From a virus (taxonomy: Duplodnaviria > Caudoviricetes), in IMG/VR virus record IMGVR_UViG_3300034170_000057: a DNA stretch of 64,000 bases. The stretch is one strand, 5' to 3'. The translations under genes were made by a program, and so were the position numbers. The notes beneath the pieces are model-generated. The model saw only the letters and a list, made by a program, of their open reading frames with translations, was not told the DNA's origin and did no database searches. This document shows positions 45,416-55,592 of this stretch, piece after piece (positions within the stretch are counted from its first letter, which is position 1; each line of letters begins with the position of its first letter).

Positions 45416-46486
45416 TCAGGGTTTCGCCAAAATACGTTGGCCGAAACGAATGTTCAGGGCCTCTGCCGGAGTAAATGGCAAATTGGTTTTTGGACTGGTT
45501 TCGAAAATGTGTTGCTGCGAAGTGTAGGTCGCCGCTTTCAATTTCATCCGGTAGCCAACAGCCTCGGTGCCTTCGACGTTAATCACGGCTGTTACCGACA
45601 AAGAATCCGGTTCCAACATACGCGCAGCCGGGGAAATCGAAATCGCACGAACTGCTGCGTCGTCGATGGTCGGGAAAACGGTTGTGTTGGTGTAAAGGTC
45701 GGTCGCGCCAGCGGTTGCCGATTGCACGTAGGTCGTGTCACCGTCCGGAGTCGCTTGGTTGACCTGCGGAAAGTTTGTAGTGCCAGACAGAGGCACCATT
45801 TGCACCGAGTAATCAGCGGTAGGGAAACGCGTCAACGTCGTGCATTTACCGATGCGCTGATTGTTGTACGTGCCCGTGCCATCCAGCAAATACGAATCGT
45901 CAACGTGCAACGGAATATGCGCGGTGCCGCCTGTTGTGTACTGTGCGCGAATCTCCCAAAAATCGAGAGTATAACCAGTGATCGCTTTTTCGAGCACCAT
46001 CACTTCGCTCATCCACAACTGGAATTTATTGTTGGCGATATCCACCACCAGTTCCACGAAGTTCCAGATGTTCAATTCGCATTGGTAATTGGTGTTCACA
46101 CCATCGACGTAAATGTACCAGTCGGAACCAATCGAAACGTTCACACCTGCGATTTTTGCGAATTGCAGGTTGCCCGTCGGTTGAATAGCGAAACGTGCAG
46201 CAAAACCTTTGGCGACTCGGATAGTCGGGGTGTACGCGGCGCCGGTTGCGAAAGCTGCTTCCGGTTTAATTGCGCGTTTAATCCAGACAAGGCCGGTGCT
46301 GGTTGTAACAGCAGACAAGCCGACGCCGAGACTGCCGGAGTTTTTACCGTATGAAGTCGCGCAAGAACAGACGCCGGTAGGTTGTTCGTAACCACGGCTA
46401 ACCCATTGAACAGCCGCAACGCTTGTCGGGGTGTTGAGAGCGGTCGCGCCGTAGTGATCAAAGCCATCGTGTTGCAAAAGAGCCAT
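45416..46486 (-). CDS. Virion structural protein, paralog of 44204..45400
   Basis: MALLQHDGFDHYG; WNFVELVVDIANNKFQLW; VDDSYLLDGTG; NIRFGQR. Confidence 0.75.
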   Translation of the reverse strand: MALLQHDGFDHYGATALNTPTSVAAVQWVSRGYEQPTGVCSCATSYGKNSGSLGVGLSAVTTSTGLVWIKRAIKPEAAFATGAAYTPTIRVAKGFAARFAIQPTGNLQFAKIAGVNVSIGSDWYIYVDGVNTNYQCELNIWNFVELVVDIANNKFQLWMSEVMVLEKAITGYTLDFWEIRAQYTTGGTAHIPLHVDDSYLLDGTGTYNNQRIGKCTTLTRFPTADYSVQMVPLSGTTNFPQVNQATPDGDTTYVQSATAGATDLYTNTTVFPTIDDAAVRAISISPAARMLEPDSLSVTAVINVEGTEAVGYRMKLKAATYTSQQHIFETSPKTNLPFTPAEALNIRFGQRILAKP

Positions 46487-46498
46487 GGAAAATTCTCC

Positions 46499-46526
46499 AA
46501 AAAGAAAAGGGGCACAAGGCCCCTTT
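46499..46526 (-). terminator. Intrinsic terminator, same core as 37690..37722
   Basis: On - strand AAAGGGG-CCTTGTG-CCCCTTTTCTTTTT. Confidence 0.75.
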
Positions 46527-46547
46527 CGAGGGAAGTGATTCCCTTTA

Positions 46548-47591
46548 TTAGGTCAGCGAAATACCGCCGCCTTCCTTGATGGTCACGATACGCATGCCGG
46601 TGTTGTTCGCGCCGTTCGCCAAAAGCGAAACGTATTTACGATCAGCAGTTTCGCCGTAGACACGAAGAGGAATGTCGGTGTTTTCCGACACAACGTCTGC
46701 CGAAGTGTAGCCGAGCATATCCAGTTCGTAGGTGTAGGCGTAACGCGTGGTGTTCAGCCGCGACATGAAAGAAACAACGTATTTATTACCCTCGGAAATT
46801 GCAACTTGTTCCAGAGAGTTGATAAACGCGTTGTTGTATTCCGTATCAACGGTTGCGTCTACCGGATCGGAAGGGCGCAGCACGTCGGATTCACGCACGA
46901 CGAAACGTTTAATGGTTCCGTTCGTGCTGTACACGCAGAAAACCGGCGCTTTACCTGTAATTACAGCAGCGCCGGTTTCACGAGCAACCGGACGTTGGAT
47001 AACGAACCACGAAACAGCAGTGGCACCACTATCCGAAACGAAGTCTTCCCAAACGCAAAGCGAAACACCACGAGGGGTAATCGAAAGCGAATAAGTCATT
47101 GGGAAACTCGAAGCCAAATCGAGTGTGCCCAAAACTACACGAGAAGTACGGTTGATAAAACCTTCCAACGGTTTGGTTGGGTCTGGTGCCAACTTCGACA
47201 GGTCGGTCGGGTTTTTCGTGTAGTAACCGCCGATTGCGCCAAGTGGGCCTTGCAGTTTTGCAGCGGAAATCGCATACGACGCGGTGCCGTCAGTGCGCAA
47301 GGCTTGCTGCGAACCGGTGGTGATACCTGCGGTGTGTTTGTCGAAAACCTGAACCTGTAAGCGCCACGGTTGTTTGTTTTGCAAATCGGTGGCGTTCAAT
47401 GGATCGATGGTCGGGCCAGCTTCCAGTGTTACGCTGAATGCAGAACGCCCAACATCGTCAACTGGTGGAATCCACGCAGCAGGAAAACGTGCAACAAAAC
47501 CATTCGTGGTCAAATCAGCAACCACTGCCAACATCAATTCGCCAACGTGCGTATAACCGCTGCGACGAACATAAAATCCGGTAACTGCCAT
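46548..47591 (-). CDS. Virion structural protein, tandem paralog of 47605..48765
   Basis: TLEAGPT.DPLN...PWR...EGFINR...PM.Y.L.IT.RGV...W.VIQRPV.R.TG...GKAPVFCV...YAYTYELDM.GY.SA.V. Confidence 0.8.
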   Translation of the reverse strand: MAVTGFYVRRSGYTHVGELMLAVVADLTTNGFVARFPAAWIPPVDDVGRSAFSVTLEAGPTIDPLNATDLQNKQPWRLQVQVFDKHTAGITTGSQQALRTDGTASYAISAAKLQGPLGAIGGYYTKNPTDLSKLAPDPTKPLEGFINRTSRVVLGTLDLASSFPMTYSLSITPRGVSLCVWEDFVSDSGATAVSWFVIQRPVARETGAAVITGKAPVFCVYSTNGTIKRFVVRESDVLRPSDPVDATVDTEYNNAFINSLEQVAISEGNKYVVSFMSRLNTTRYAYTYELDMLGYTSADVVSENTDIPLRVYGETADRKYVSLLANGANNTGMRIVTIKEGGGISLT

Positions 47592-47604
47592 TTTCTATTT
47601 CTCC

Positions 47605-48765
47605 TTACGCGGTAATGCCTGCGCCGAGTTTCAGGGCGACAATACGCATGCCGTTGTTTGCTGGCAGGTTGGAATGCAGGCCCATGTAGGTACGCGGGTT
47701 TGCTTCACCGTACAGGGTTTGCGGAATTTCGGTGGTGGGCGATATTACGGTAGCCGACGCATAACCGATCATATCCAGTTCGTAGGTGTACGCGTAACGC
47801 GGAGTGCTAAGGCGCGACGGGTAGTTGACGATGTACTGGTTATTTTCGGAAACACCAACTTGTTTTTTATCGTTGATAATCGCGGTGCCGTCTTTGGAAT
47901 CTTCGGTGGCCGAGATAATCGCGGATGCATCCGTAACGTCGGATTCACGAACGATGAAACGATTGATATCGTTGCCCACGGAACTAACGCAGAAAACCGG
48001 CGCTTTACCTTCGATGGCAACCAAACCAGTGTCACGTTTAACCGGACGTTGAACCAATACCCACGAGAAGTTCTGGCCGTCCATGTTGGCAGCGGAACCT
48101 TCCCAAATGGACAGGAAAACACCACGATCAGTGATCGCGAGGTAGTACGACATTGGGTAAGTGGAGCTAACGTCTTTGGATGGATCAGTCGGATAAATCG
48201 GCGGCGTCTCGCCTTGCGCAGCGGAGTTATTCGTAATGGCGCCAACCCAAACTTTTGCGCGACGGTTGATAAACCCTTCGGTTTTTTGGTTCCAATGTGG
48301 CGCGAATTTATCAGGGTCAACAAAGTACGCTTTGCTTGGGGTTGGGACTTGCTTCGGCGGTGTGTAATCGGAACCGACAACACCCTTCGCGCCAACAATG
48401 CGCGTTGTGGTGCTGGTGATTTCGACAACCGAAGCTGTGGTAAATGGCAGGCTACCACTTGCAGGGAGAGCGCCAGCGGAGCCGACGAAAATACCAAGGG
48501 TGGCGTTGTCAGTAACGGAGAAGTTAATGCGCCACGGTTGATTCGGGGTTGCGCCGGGAACCAGTGGGTTCAATGGATCGACGGTTGGACCGGCTTCCAG
48601 AGTTACCGCGAATTTCTCGGCGGTTGCGCCGGTAGGTTTCTGATAAACACCAGAACCATCAACGGGGAAAATGGCTTTGAAACCATTCGCCAGCATTTTG
48701 TCGATCACGTCGAGCGTGATAGCACCCGACGTGATGAATCCTTCTTTCAGAATTGCGATACCCAT
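47605..48765 (-). CDS. Virion structural protein, tandem paralog of 46548..47591
   Basis: Same motifs end to end; strong codon bias. Confidence 0.8.
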   Translation of the reverse strand: MGIAILKEGFITSGAITLDVIDKMLANGFKAIFPVDGSGVYQKPTGATAEKFAVTLEAGPTVDPLNPLVPGATPNQPWRINFSVTDNATLGIFVGSAGALPASGSLPFTTASVVEITSTTTRIVGAKGVVGSDYTPPKQVPTPSKAYFVDPDKFAPHWNQKTEGFINRRAKVWVGAITNNSAAQGETPPIYPTDPSKDVSSTYPMSYYLAITDRGVFLSIWEGSAANMDGQNFSWVLVQRPVKRDTGLVAIEGKAPVFCVSSVGNDINRFIVRESDVTDASAIISATEDSKDGTAIINDKKQVGVSENNQYIVNYPSRLSTPRYAYTYELDMIGYASATVISPTTEIPQTLYGEANPRTYMGLHSNLPANNGMRIVALKLGAGITA

Positions 48766-48767
48766 TT

Positions 48768-49190
48768 TTAATCCTCGACGGTCAGGTACATAAGTTTGAT
48801 TGTGATACTGGCTGCGACGGCCTGCGAGTTTGTGATTTTACCGTATACCTGTGGGCGAATCGGCGTTTCCAAATTCACAAAAATCGAATATTGCCGCGAT
48901 TTAATAACGGTTCCATCCCGAAGGGTTGTTGAGCCATCATCCACAAGATGGCCAGCGACGGCGACAAACTCATACGGGGTTTTGTCAATGATCGGATTAC
49001 GTGTCTCGGTCCCGAACACTTCCACCACGCACGGCCCACTGACTTCAAGCCTTTGGACGATAGCGGACGAACCGCTATCAATCACAAAAGATTCCGAAGC
49101 GTTGGGGGCGAGTAGCAAGGTTTTCAATTCGAAAGCCTTGCGTACTCGGTTGCCGACTTCACTTAGCTTTTTTACTGGTGTAAGCGCCAT
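48768..49190 (-). CDS. Putative small virion protein (140 aa)
   Basis: SD GGAG; beta-rich; in structural operon. Confidence 0.7.
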   Translation of the reverse strand: MALTPVKKLSEVGNRVRKAFELKTLLLAPNASESFVIDSGSSAIVQRLEVSGPCVVEVFGTETRNPIIDKTPYEFVAVAGHLVDDGSTTLRDGTVIKSRQYSIFVNLETPIRPQVYGKITNSQAVAASITIKLMYLTVED

Positions 49191-49216
49191 GTGAGTTCTC
49201 CAACATTTCTATTAAA

Positions 49217-52200
49217 TTAACCACCTTTGATTAGACCTGAAACAGGGCCATTGTAATAGATTTCGCAAACAAACGATTTATCTACTGCAAGGTTATAGAC
49301 GTAGCCGTTGTATGCAGCAAGTGTCGTAACGCCCGCGTATTGTTCGGTGTAATCTTGAACATCTTGCAGCGTGTCGAAACCCATGTACAACGAGGCTTTG
49401 CCGCGCCCATTAATTGCTTCAGCAGGTCGATAGGCAGGCCAATTCACCAGTGCGGAATATTGCCGGGAGTGAATAACGAGTCGATCAACCGTTCCGGAAT
49501 TAACCGAAGTTTTTACAACCGATTGTTCGAAGTTTCCAAACCCAACTTTATGCATAACCGGACTGGAATCAAAGTAGCCGAGGTTTTTGCTGCCGTCACG
49601 TGCAACAGTGCGATCAACCAAGTGTGGATGTGCAATTGCACGTTCCATTACAACCATTGAAACAAGACCGAAACCATTTCGTGCCCAGTCCGCGAGCCCC
49701 AACGGCATCAGCCAATTACCTGTGCCTACGCCGGAGTTTTTCGAGTAGCTTGTTCCGGTCAGGGAGGAATACGCAATAGTGCCAAGAGTTCCCATCGAAA
49801 ACATTTGGCGAGAGCCGCTATTGTACACAGCCTTATAGGTCTGCTCTGCAAAATAGGATTTCCCTACCGCGTTATAGTCGTATTCTTTTGCGACCTTTCC
49901 GAATCCGACAGGGTTGCCCGTCAGATAATCAATGGCTACGACTTTGCCGAAACCAACAGGGTTGCCAGCCTGATAATCAAGGGCTGTATATTGGCCGAAA
50001 CCAACGTGTGTATCCCCATTGAAATCAGTATTTTCGTACTGATCGGTATGCGCGTGCGATTGCTCAAAATCGAGCATGACTACAGGCTCTGCACCCGGAA
50101 TCATTTGTTCGTATTTATCCCAAGTTTGGGCATTAACGTTTGGCGTACTGGCACTGGCACCACTAACTTTCTCGCCCAATACTTCCCGAGCCTTGGTAAT
50201 ACTGGATTGTGGCCCTGCTGCATAAACAGTTTCAACCTGCGCAATTTCAGCATCCGGCCCTGCGAAGGTATCGTGATTATTCTGGCTAATTACCGCGCCA
50301 TTTCCGCTGAACATGGTGGACAATGCTTTGGTAAACATTGAAGTCAGGCCAGCCAATGCAGAATGCCCGTTTGCCATCATCGTGGAGAACACAGCACCCA
50401 GTTTATTTGTGGCGCGTGTCCACAAAGGAACAATATTGCCGATTCCGAAATTGGGATGCGTTTTAATCCACGACGCATTGGTATAAGGCACGCTGTATTT
50501 GCGGCTAAGCGTAGGCGTCAGATCCGCACGCAAAAGTTTCCACTGTCCCACCAATTCACGGGCGATTTGTCCGTTCTTCGTGTAGTAGGTGTAAACGTTC
50601 ATTTCCTTTTGATAATAGTTGGTCACACCACCACGAATAAAGACTGAATCGTTATTTGCGATTGGTGAACTTAACCCAACTGCGACGCCGTTAACAACCA
50701 GTGTCGTGCCATCCATGTGCGGCGATTCCAATTGGATATACGCGCCCGTTTGTACCGAGGTTGCACGCCCTACTTGTGAATCGTAAACCGTTCTAGCCAT
50801 CGGGTATTGCAGGGTGCCGAAATTCAGCCAGAATACAGATGGCAATTCAGCGGCCAGAATCATCTGCGCAGTTTGGGTAATTCGCCAAGGCAAAGAACCT
50901 GTACGCATGAGGATACTTTCGATAGAACTCGATACGTTGGTCGGGGCCGATTTATCCCGTAGCAGGAAATGCTCAACCGAACTCGATACGTTTGTCAGGG
51001 GATCATCCGCATCAACAACAAACGCAATAGCAGCATGCGAAACTTGCAGATTGTTGGCGCTTTCCGATTCCTTGTAGAACACGTGTTCGGCAGTGGTCGA
51101 AATAGTGGTCCCAGCATTGGTACTCTTCAGCAGAAATTGTTCGGAAGCCTGCGTGATAGCCGTTGCTGAAATATCACTTTTCAACAATATGTGTTCGGCC
51201 AATCCGGAAATATACGGGCCGTAGTCATTTTCAGTTTCGAACAGGAAAACCGCACCATATATAGCGCCGCCACCCGCGTTGGCAACCAGCCCGGTGATTG
51301 TGCGATCCGCGCTGAATTGTGATGCTGGAATCGCAATTAATCCATAGCCGCCACAACCGCCGCCAGAATTGACCTGAAAGTTTGCGGTGGCGCCCGATCC
51401 ATAACCGCCTGTAATTACGGAAGTGTTTGGACTTGAACCGTTGTAATACGAAGGGTATCCACCGGTGCCACTGCTACCGAACACAATATTCGGCGCGTCC
51501 TGCATAGCACCACCAGCGCCACCAACACCCGCACCATTATTCCAGTTACCAGACCAGCCGGATTCTGCAACGTTGGTAATCGCACCACTGGTTATTGTGG
51601 TCGGTAATATTTGCTCGGAGGGCAAGACCGTTGAGTTTCCGCCACTCTTAGCGTCACCGCCAGCACCCGTTATCAGGGCCAGAACATATTTAGTGCGCGG
51701 ACGAAGTTTATGCGTAAAAGCTGTTTGGGTATTGGCAAGCCCAGTGCCGCGACTACCCACGTAATTCGTGCGGTATGCAGCAAGAGCTTCAGCAGTTAAT
51801 CCAGTGTTGTAGGTATCAAATGTGGCTGTTGGTGGTTTTTCGTAAACGGGTACGCCTTTCCATTCGTAAATGGTAACTACACCATCGCCACCATTACCCC
51901 CAACACCACCACCCGAACCCCGTGTGCCGTGAATCGTGGCCGGAACAGATTGCCCACCGGATTGGCCCACACCACCTTTACCGACAGTAAATGTCAAAGG
52001 TTCTGGCAGCATAAAAAGCGTAGCACCGCGACCAGTAGCACCCGACGCTGCACCGCCCTGACCAATGTTTGCGACAAACATTCGTGTGACGCGTATATAC
52101 GGAATACCACCATTTGTTGCCGTGGTGGACATATCGAAACGGATGGTTGTTAATCCGTCGTTCTGTATCGTAAAATTCGGCGAAGTTGTCGAACCAGAAC

Positions 52201-53440
52201 TAACACCCATTACGTAAACGCTGGAGCCGACCGTGCATGTACCTGTAGTTCTGGAATCGGGTAGATAAAAACCAAAACTCAAAGTAATTACTTGGCCTGC
52301 GTAGGCTTTGATCTTATATTCAATCGAACTGGCAATCGACGGCGCACCAGCGGACGCCAACGTCATGTTGGTGGTCAAACCGAATCCGGAATTACGCGAA
52401 GCATTTACATATGTTGGGTTTACTGCAATTACAGCGGTGCCCGTAAATGTTGTAGTTGCGGGCACATCGTTTGTACTTTGTGGCGCTAGGGTAAATGCAA
52501 CGCCCGCCGTTCCTTGAAAAACCGATTGCCCACCTGCGGCACCATCTGAATATCCGGCAGGGGTTACGCCCCCGGATCGGGACGCGTTGTCTACTGCGCG
52601 CAGCCAGTTTGTAGCCGTTCCCAATGGGGCCGGAAATTGCGCCACATCCGTGACCATTGGACCTTCGCCACCGGGCGCCACAACGATCCGCCCACTAGCA
52701 GTGGATACAAAAGAATCACCGCCGAAAAGCGTAGTATCGTTCGGTGTGGTATTACCCGAAAGGTCTAAGTTTACGCGGCCAGCAGAGCCCGCACCTTGCA
52801 CCGCAACCAAAACAACCGTCGTATCAATTGCCGGAGTAAAAGAAAAATCACCCGGTGTTGCATATTCGGTTTTAACCCAGTTAGTCGGCGGTGCTGCGAG
52901 GTAAGGAAGCGTAGGAACGGTGGCCGGGGGTTTCGGATGAGGATCAGCAGGCGGCGCCTGCACAGCGGCATCCGTGTAGAAATTCATTTCCATCATGCGG
53001 GCGCGGTCTAGAATACCGGGGCCTGCGGTCAGGGTATTGTTGGCAGTATCGTTTGTGTATACGCCCCAAATGGTGGCTGCCACGGTATTGGTTGGAATCA
53101 AAATTGTGTTTGTTCTGACTCGGCCCCACGCCACACCCAAATCATCATTAGGTGTTACCGATGTATCAATTGTGCGAACTACCGTAAAGCCTGCTTTCGA
53201 CGCTGGCACGGTGTTCGAATAACCAACGATAATTGTTTTGCCCCACGAATAAATATAAACATCGAGGGCCTTTACTTTTTGCGGTGCAGCAAATTGAATT
53301 GCTACCCAGTCAGCAGCCGAGTTAATTGCGCCGCCAGACCAACCGGTGGTAGTGCTGCCATCATTTACAGAAGCAACCGTACCAAAATCGTTATAAAACG
53401 ACGAAGCAATCGCCGTACCTGCTTGTTTTACTAGCGCCAT
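49217..53440 (-). CDS. Large tail-fibre-like protein: discoidin (F5/8C)-like N-domain, two Gly-rich fibre domains, long C-terminal region
   Basis: DGSTTTGW...DWVAIQFAAPQKVKAL; YATPGDFSFTP..TTVVLVAVQGAG and TKYVLALITGAGG; ATG 53440 after SD GGAG. Confidence 0.75.
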   Translation of the reverse strand: MALVKQAGTAIASSFYNDFGTVASVNDGSTTTGWSGGAINSAADWVAIQFAAPQKVKALDVYIYSWGKTIIVGYSNTVPASKAGFTVVRTIDTSVTPNDDLGVAWGRVRTNTILIPTNTVAATIWGVYTNDTANNTLTAGPGILDRARMMEMNFYTDAAVQAPPADPHPKPPATVPTLPYLAAPPTNWVKTEYATPGDFSFTPAIDTTVVLVAVQGAGSAGRVNLDLSGNTTPNDTTLFGGDSFVSTASGRIVVAPGGEGPMVTDVAQFPAPLGTATNWLRAVDNASRSGGVTPAGYSDGAAGGQSVFQGTAGVAFTLAPQSTNDVPATTTFTGTAVIAVNPTYVNASRNSGFGLTTNMTLASAGAPSIASSIEYKIKAYAGQVITLSFGFYLPDSRTTGTCTVGSSVYVMGVSSGSTTSPNFTIQNDGLTTIRFDMSTTATNGGIPYIRVTRMFVANIGQGGAASGATGRGATLFMLPEPLTFTVGKGGVGQSGGQSVPATIHGTRGSGGGVGGNGGDGVVTIYEWKGVPVYEKPPTATFDTYNTGLTAEALAAYRTNYVGSRGTGLANTQTAFTHKLRPRTKYVLALITGAGGDAKSGGNSTVLPSEQILPTTITSGAITNVAESGWSGNWNNGAGVGGAGGAMQDAPNIVFGSSGTGGYPSYYNGSSPNTSVITGGYGSGATANFQVNSGGGCGGYGLIAIPASQFSADRTITGLVANAGGGAIYGAVFLFETENDYGPYISGLAEHILLKSDISATAITQASEQFLLKSTNAGTTISTTAEHVFYKESESANNLQVSHAAIAFVVDADDPLTNVSSSVEHFLLRDKSAPTNVSSSIESILMRTGSLPWRITQTAQMILAAELPSVFWLNFGTLQYPMARTVYDSQVGRATSVQTGAYIQLESPHMDGTTLVVNGVAVGLSSPIANNDSVFIRGGVTNYYQKEMNVYTYYTKNGQIARELVGQWKLLRADLTPTLSRKYSVPYTNASWIKTHPNFGIGNIVPLWTRATNKLGAVFSTMMANGHSALAGLTSMFTKALSTMFSGNGAVISQNNHDTFAGPDAEIAQVETVYAAGPQSSITKAREVLGEKVSGASASTPNVNAQTWDKYEQMIPGAEPVVMLDFEQSHAHTDQYENTDFNGDTHVGFGQYTALDYQAGNPVGFGKVVAIDYLTGNPVGFGKVAKEYDYNAVGKSYFAEQTYKAVYNSGSRQMFSMGTLGTIAYSSLTGTSYSKNSGVGTGNWLMPLGLADWARNGFGLVSMVVMERAIAHPHLVDRTVARDGSKNLGYFDSSPVMHKVGFGNFEQSVVKTSVNSGTVDRLVIHSRQYSALVNWPAYRPAEAINGRGKASLYMGFDTLQDVQDYTEQYAGVTTLAAYNGYVYNLAVDKSFVCEIYYNGPVSGLIKGG

Positions 53441-53450
53441 AAAAAACTCC

Positions 53451-53480
53451 AAAAAAAGGGGCCAAAAAAGAGGCCCCTTT
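53451..53480 (-). terminator. Intrinsic terminator after collagen/Calx-beta gene
   Basis: On - strand AAAGGGGCC-TCTTTTTT-GGCCCCTTTTTTT. Confidence 0.75.
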
Positions 53481-53486
53481 CCGTCA

Positions 53487-55523
53487 TCAGAATGTTCCGG
53501 TGCCGACTGATCTAATCAGATTGGCGTTACGTGCATTCGACAGGCGCACCATGACGTGAACTTTCGGAGGATCGACAATTGCAGAACCGTTAACGTTAAC
53601 CGGAATAATTGCACTTGTCGCACCTGCTGCAATTGCAACAGAGCCGAACGTGGTCACGTAGTCAGGGTTTGCAGGTTGTGTGAAAACAATGTCGTCAAAG
53701 AACGCGAAAGCCTGCGACTGTGCGACGAAACCAAACCGGCAGAAATCTTTAAAGATTGCCAAATCCGGATCGCTCGCAAGGTTGACAGTGATCGGCGTTG
53801 CATCGACCGTCGCGCTATTCCAATCGCTAGCGTAGGCACTGACAGAATCACCAGCACGCACGATTTTAACTTTCGATGTTTTCCCACTCCAGCCGGGGCC
53901 AGTCGTACCGATATCAACCGAAGCCAAATTCTTAACGACTGTGTTATTGCGCACATAAACCAGCATGAAGTTTTTCAACGGTGCCAAACCACCTGCACCA
54001 CCCTGATTGCGCAGGGCCATAATCGAATGGTTCATGCCGTCTTTGCGAACAAACGCAACAACCATACCCACCGCGTCATCGTCTGCGTCAGTGGAACCGA
54101 CAACAGATTCAATCGTGAAATTCTTGTACGAAACAGGCGACAGCGACATAACGTAGCTGGTCGTATTCCGTTGAACTTCAATGCGGTTATTGTCAAATAC
54201 CAGCGCCGCACCATCGTTGGAATTCGGAATGGAAACAGACGGCGGGAAGTAATCCGAACCAGCCGCTGTATGCCACACGAGCAAAAGTTCTGCCGAGTTC
54301 GGTGCGTCGATCATGGTGCCGACTGCATCGTCAGAAACCGTTTCGAAATCCATCAACACATTTTCTTCTGTGTCTTGGGCCAGCGTAGGAGTGAACTGCA
54401 CTTCAGCCGTCGAGCCAACACCCGGACGCGCACCCGGCAACGCAGTATCTTGAATCGAAAGTGATGGAGTGATGGAAGTTTCCATCAATTTCACGTTCCA
54501 ATTAAAATCAAGACTTGCGAAAGGTTGCGCACCATTGATATTGATTGTGCAGGTCGCATCCCCGTCCACGGTATTTGCGGCGGTGATGGTGTAGTTACCA
54601 GTCGCGCCACGCAGTTCAGCCGGGAATTTATTAAAGCTGATATACGGAACCACACGACGTGCAGTTTGCCCCGAGAAATCCAGCGTAAAAGAAATATCCT
54701 GCGTTGCAGAACTCGCAACGAAAGTCCCGTTTAATTCCAACGTGCGGTCATCAACTTCGACCGAGTGGTAACGACCGATTCGAGGATCGGTATGCACCCG
54801 CGAAAGGTTGGTAAAAATCGGTGCAGCACCAGCGGGGCCGGGAATACCCGCACCAGTTGGGCCAGCAGGACCGACAGGGCCTTGCGTTGCCGGACCTGTT
54901 GCGCCGGTTTCACCTTGTGGACCGGTCGGGCCAGTTGCACCCGTTTCACCTTTTGCACCGTTAGGGCCAGTTGCACCGGTCAAACCGATTGTTCCCTGTG
55001 GACCGGTCGGACCTGCCTGACCTGCCAAGCCTTGTGGGCCTGTTGTGCCTTGCGGGCCAGTGATTCCGATTTCCCCTTTTTCACCGGGCAAACCTTGCGC
55101 ACCTTGGGGGCCGGTTGGACCTACAGGGCCACGGGGGCCAATACCACCATAACCGCCAGCCGGACCAGCAGGGCCAACGTCACCTTTCGGGCCGATACAA
55201 CCAATTGCACCGTCGCGGCCATCTTTTCCGTCACGTCCGTTTACGCCTTTATCACCTTGGGGGCCGGTTGGGCCAGTCGCACCAATACCGATATTTGCAG
55301 ACGTTAAAAGTCCTTGAACCAGAACCACGGAATTGTCGGAGTTTACGAGTTTCAGCAAACCCGTTTCGCGGTCATAGTCCGCAGATTTAACGGTGCCTGT
55401 TGCGTTTTTGCGCTCTTCACTCGGTTGGAAAACTTCACCAGTGTCGCGCAGAATATTCCCGATTGAGGAACCCTGCGTACTGATCATTGCGGCAGGCAAT
55501 CGTGTCAGTCTGTTATTTGCCAT
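53487..55523 (-). CDS. Collagen-like fibre protein with Calx-beta domain split by a lectin-like insertion
   Basis: Family N-term LTRLPAAMI; ~55 Gly-X-Y triplets; PSLSIQD...ETVSDDAVG [insert with [11 protein letters not shown]] [24 protein letters not shown]. Confidence 0.8.
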   Translation of the reverse strand: MANNRLTRLPAAMISTQGSSIGNILRDTGEVFQPSEERKNATGTVKSADYDRETGLLKLVNSDNSVVLVQGLLTSANIGIGATGPTGPQGDKGVNGRDGKDGRDGAIGCIGPKGDVGPAGPAGGYGGIGPRGPVGPTGPQGAQGLPGEKGEIGITGPQGTTGPQGLAGQAGPTGPQGTIGLTGATGPNGAKGETGATGPTGPQGETGATGPATQGPVGPAGPTGAGIPGPAGAAPIFTNLSRVHTDPRIGRYHSVEVDDRTLELNGTFVASSATQDISFTLDFSGQTARRVVPYISFNKFPAELRGATGNYTITAANTVDGDATCTININGAQPFASLDFNWNVKLMETSITPSLSIQDTALPGARPGVGSTAEVQFTPTLAQDTEENVLMDFETVSDDAVGTMIDAPNSAELLLVWHTAAGSDYFPPSVSIPNSNDGAALVFDNNRIEVQRNTTSYVMSLSPVSYKNFTIESVVGSTDADDDAVGMVVAFVRKDGMNHSIMALRNQGGAGGLAPLKNFMLVYVRNNTVVKNLASVDIGTTGPGWSGKTSKVKIVRAGDSVSAYASDWNSATVDATPITVNLASDPDLAIFKDFCRFGFVAQSQAFAFFDDIVFTQPANPDYVTTFGSVAIAAGATSAIIPVNVNGSAIVDPPKVHVMVRLSNARNANLIRSVGTGTF

Positions 55524-55592
55524 TTGCTTTACCTTTGAACATTCCGTAGAAATTCAACCGGCTTCAAAAAGAAACCGGCGAATTATTCGGTG

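Noticed and set aside
47674-48771. 365-aa + strand ORF, and similar ones such as 45368..46354 and 53556..54464
   Set aside because: Antisense shadows of biased structural genes
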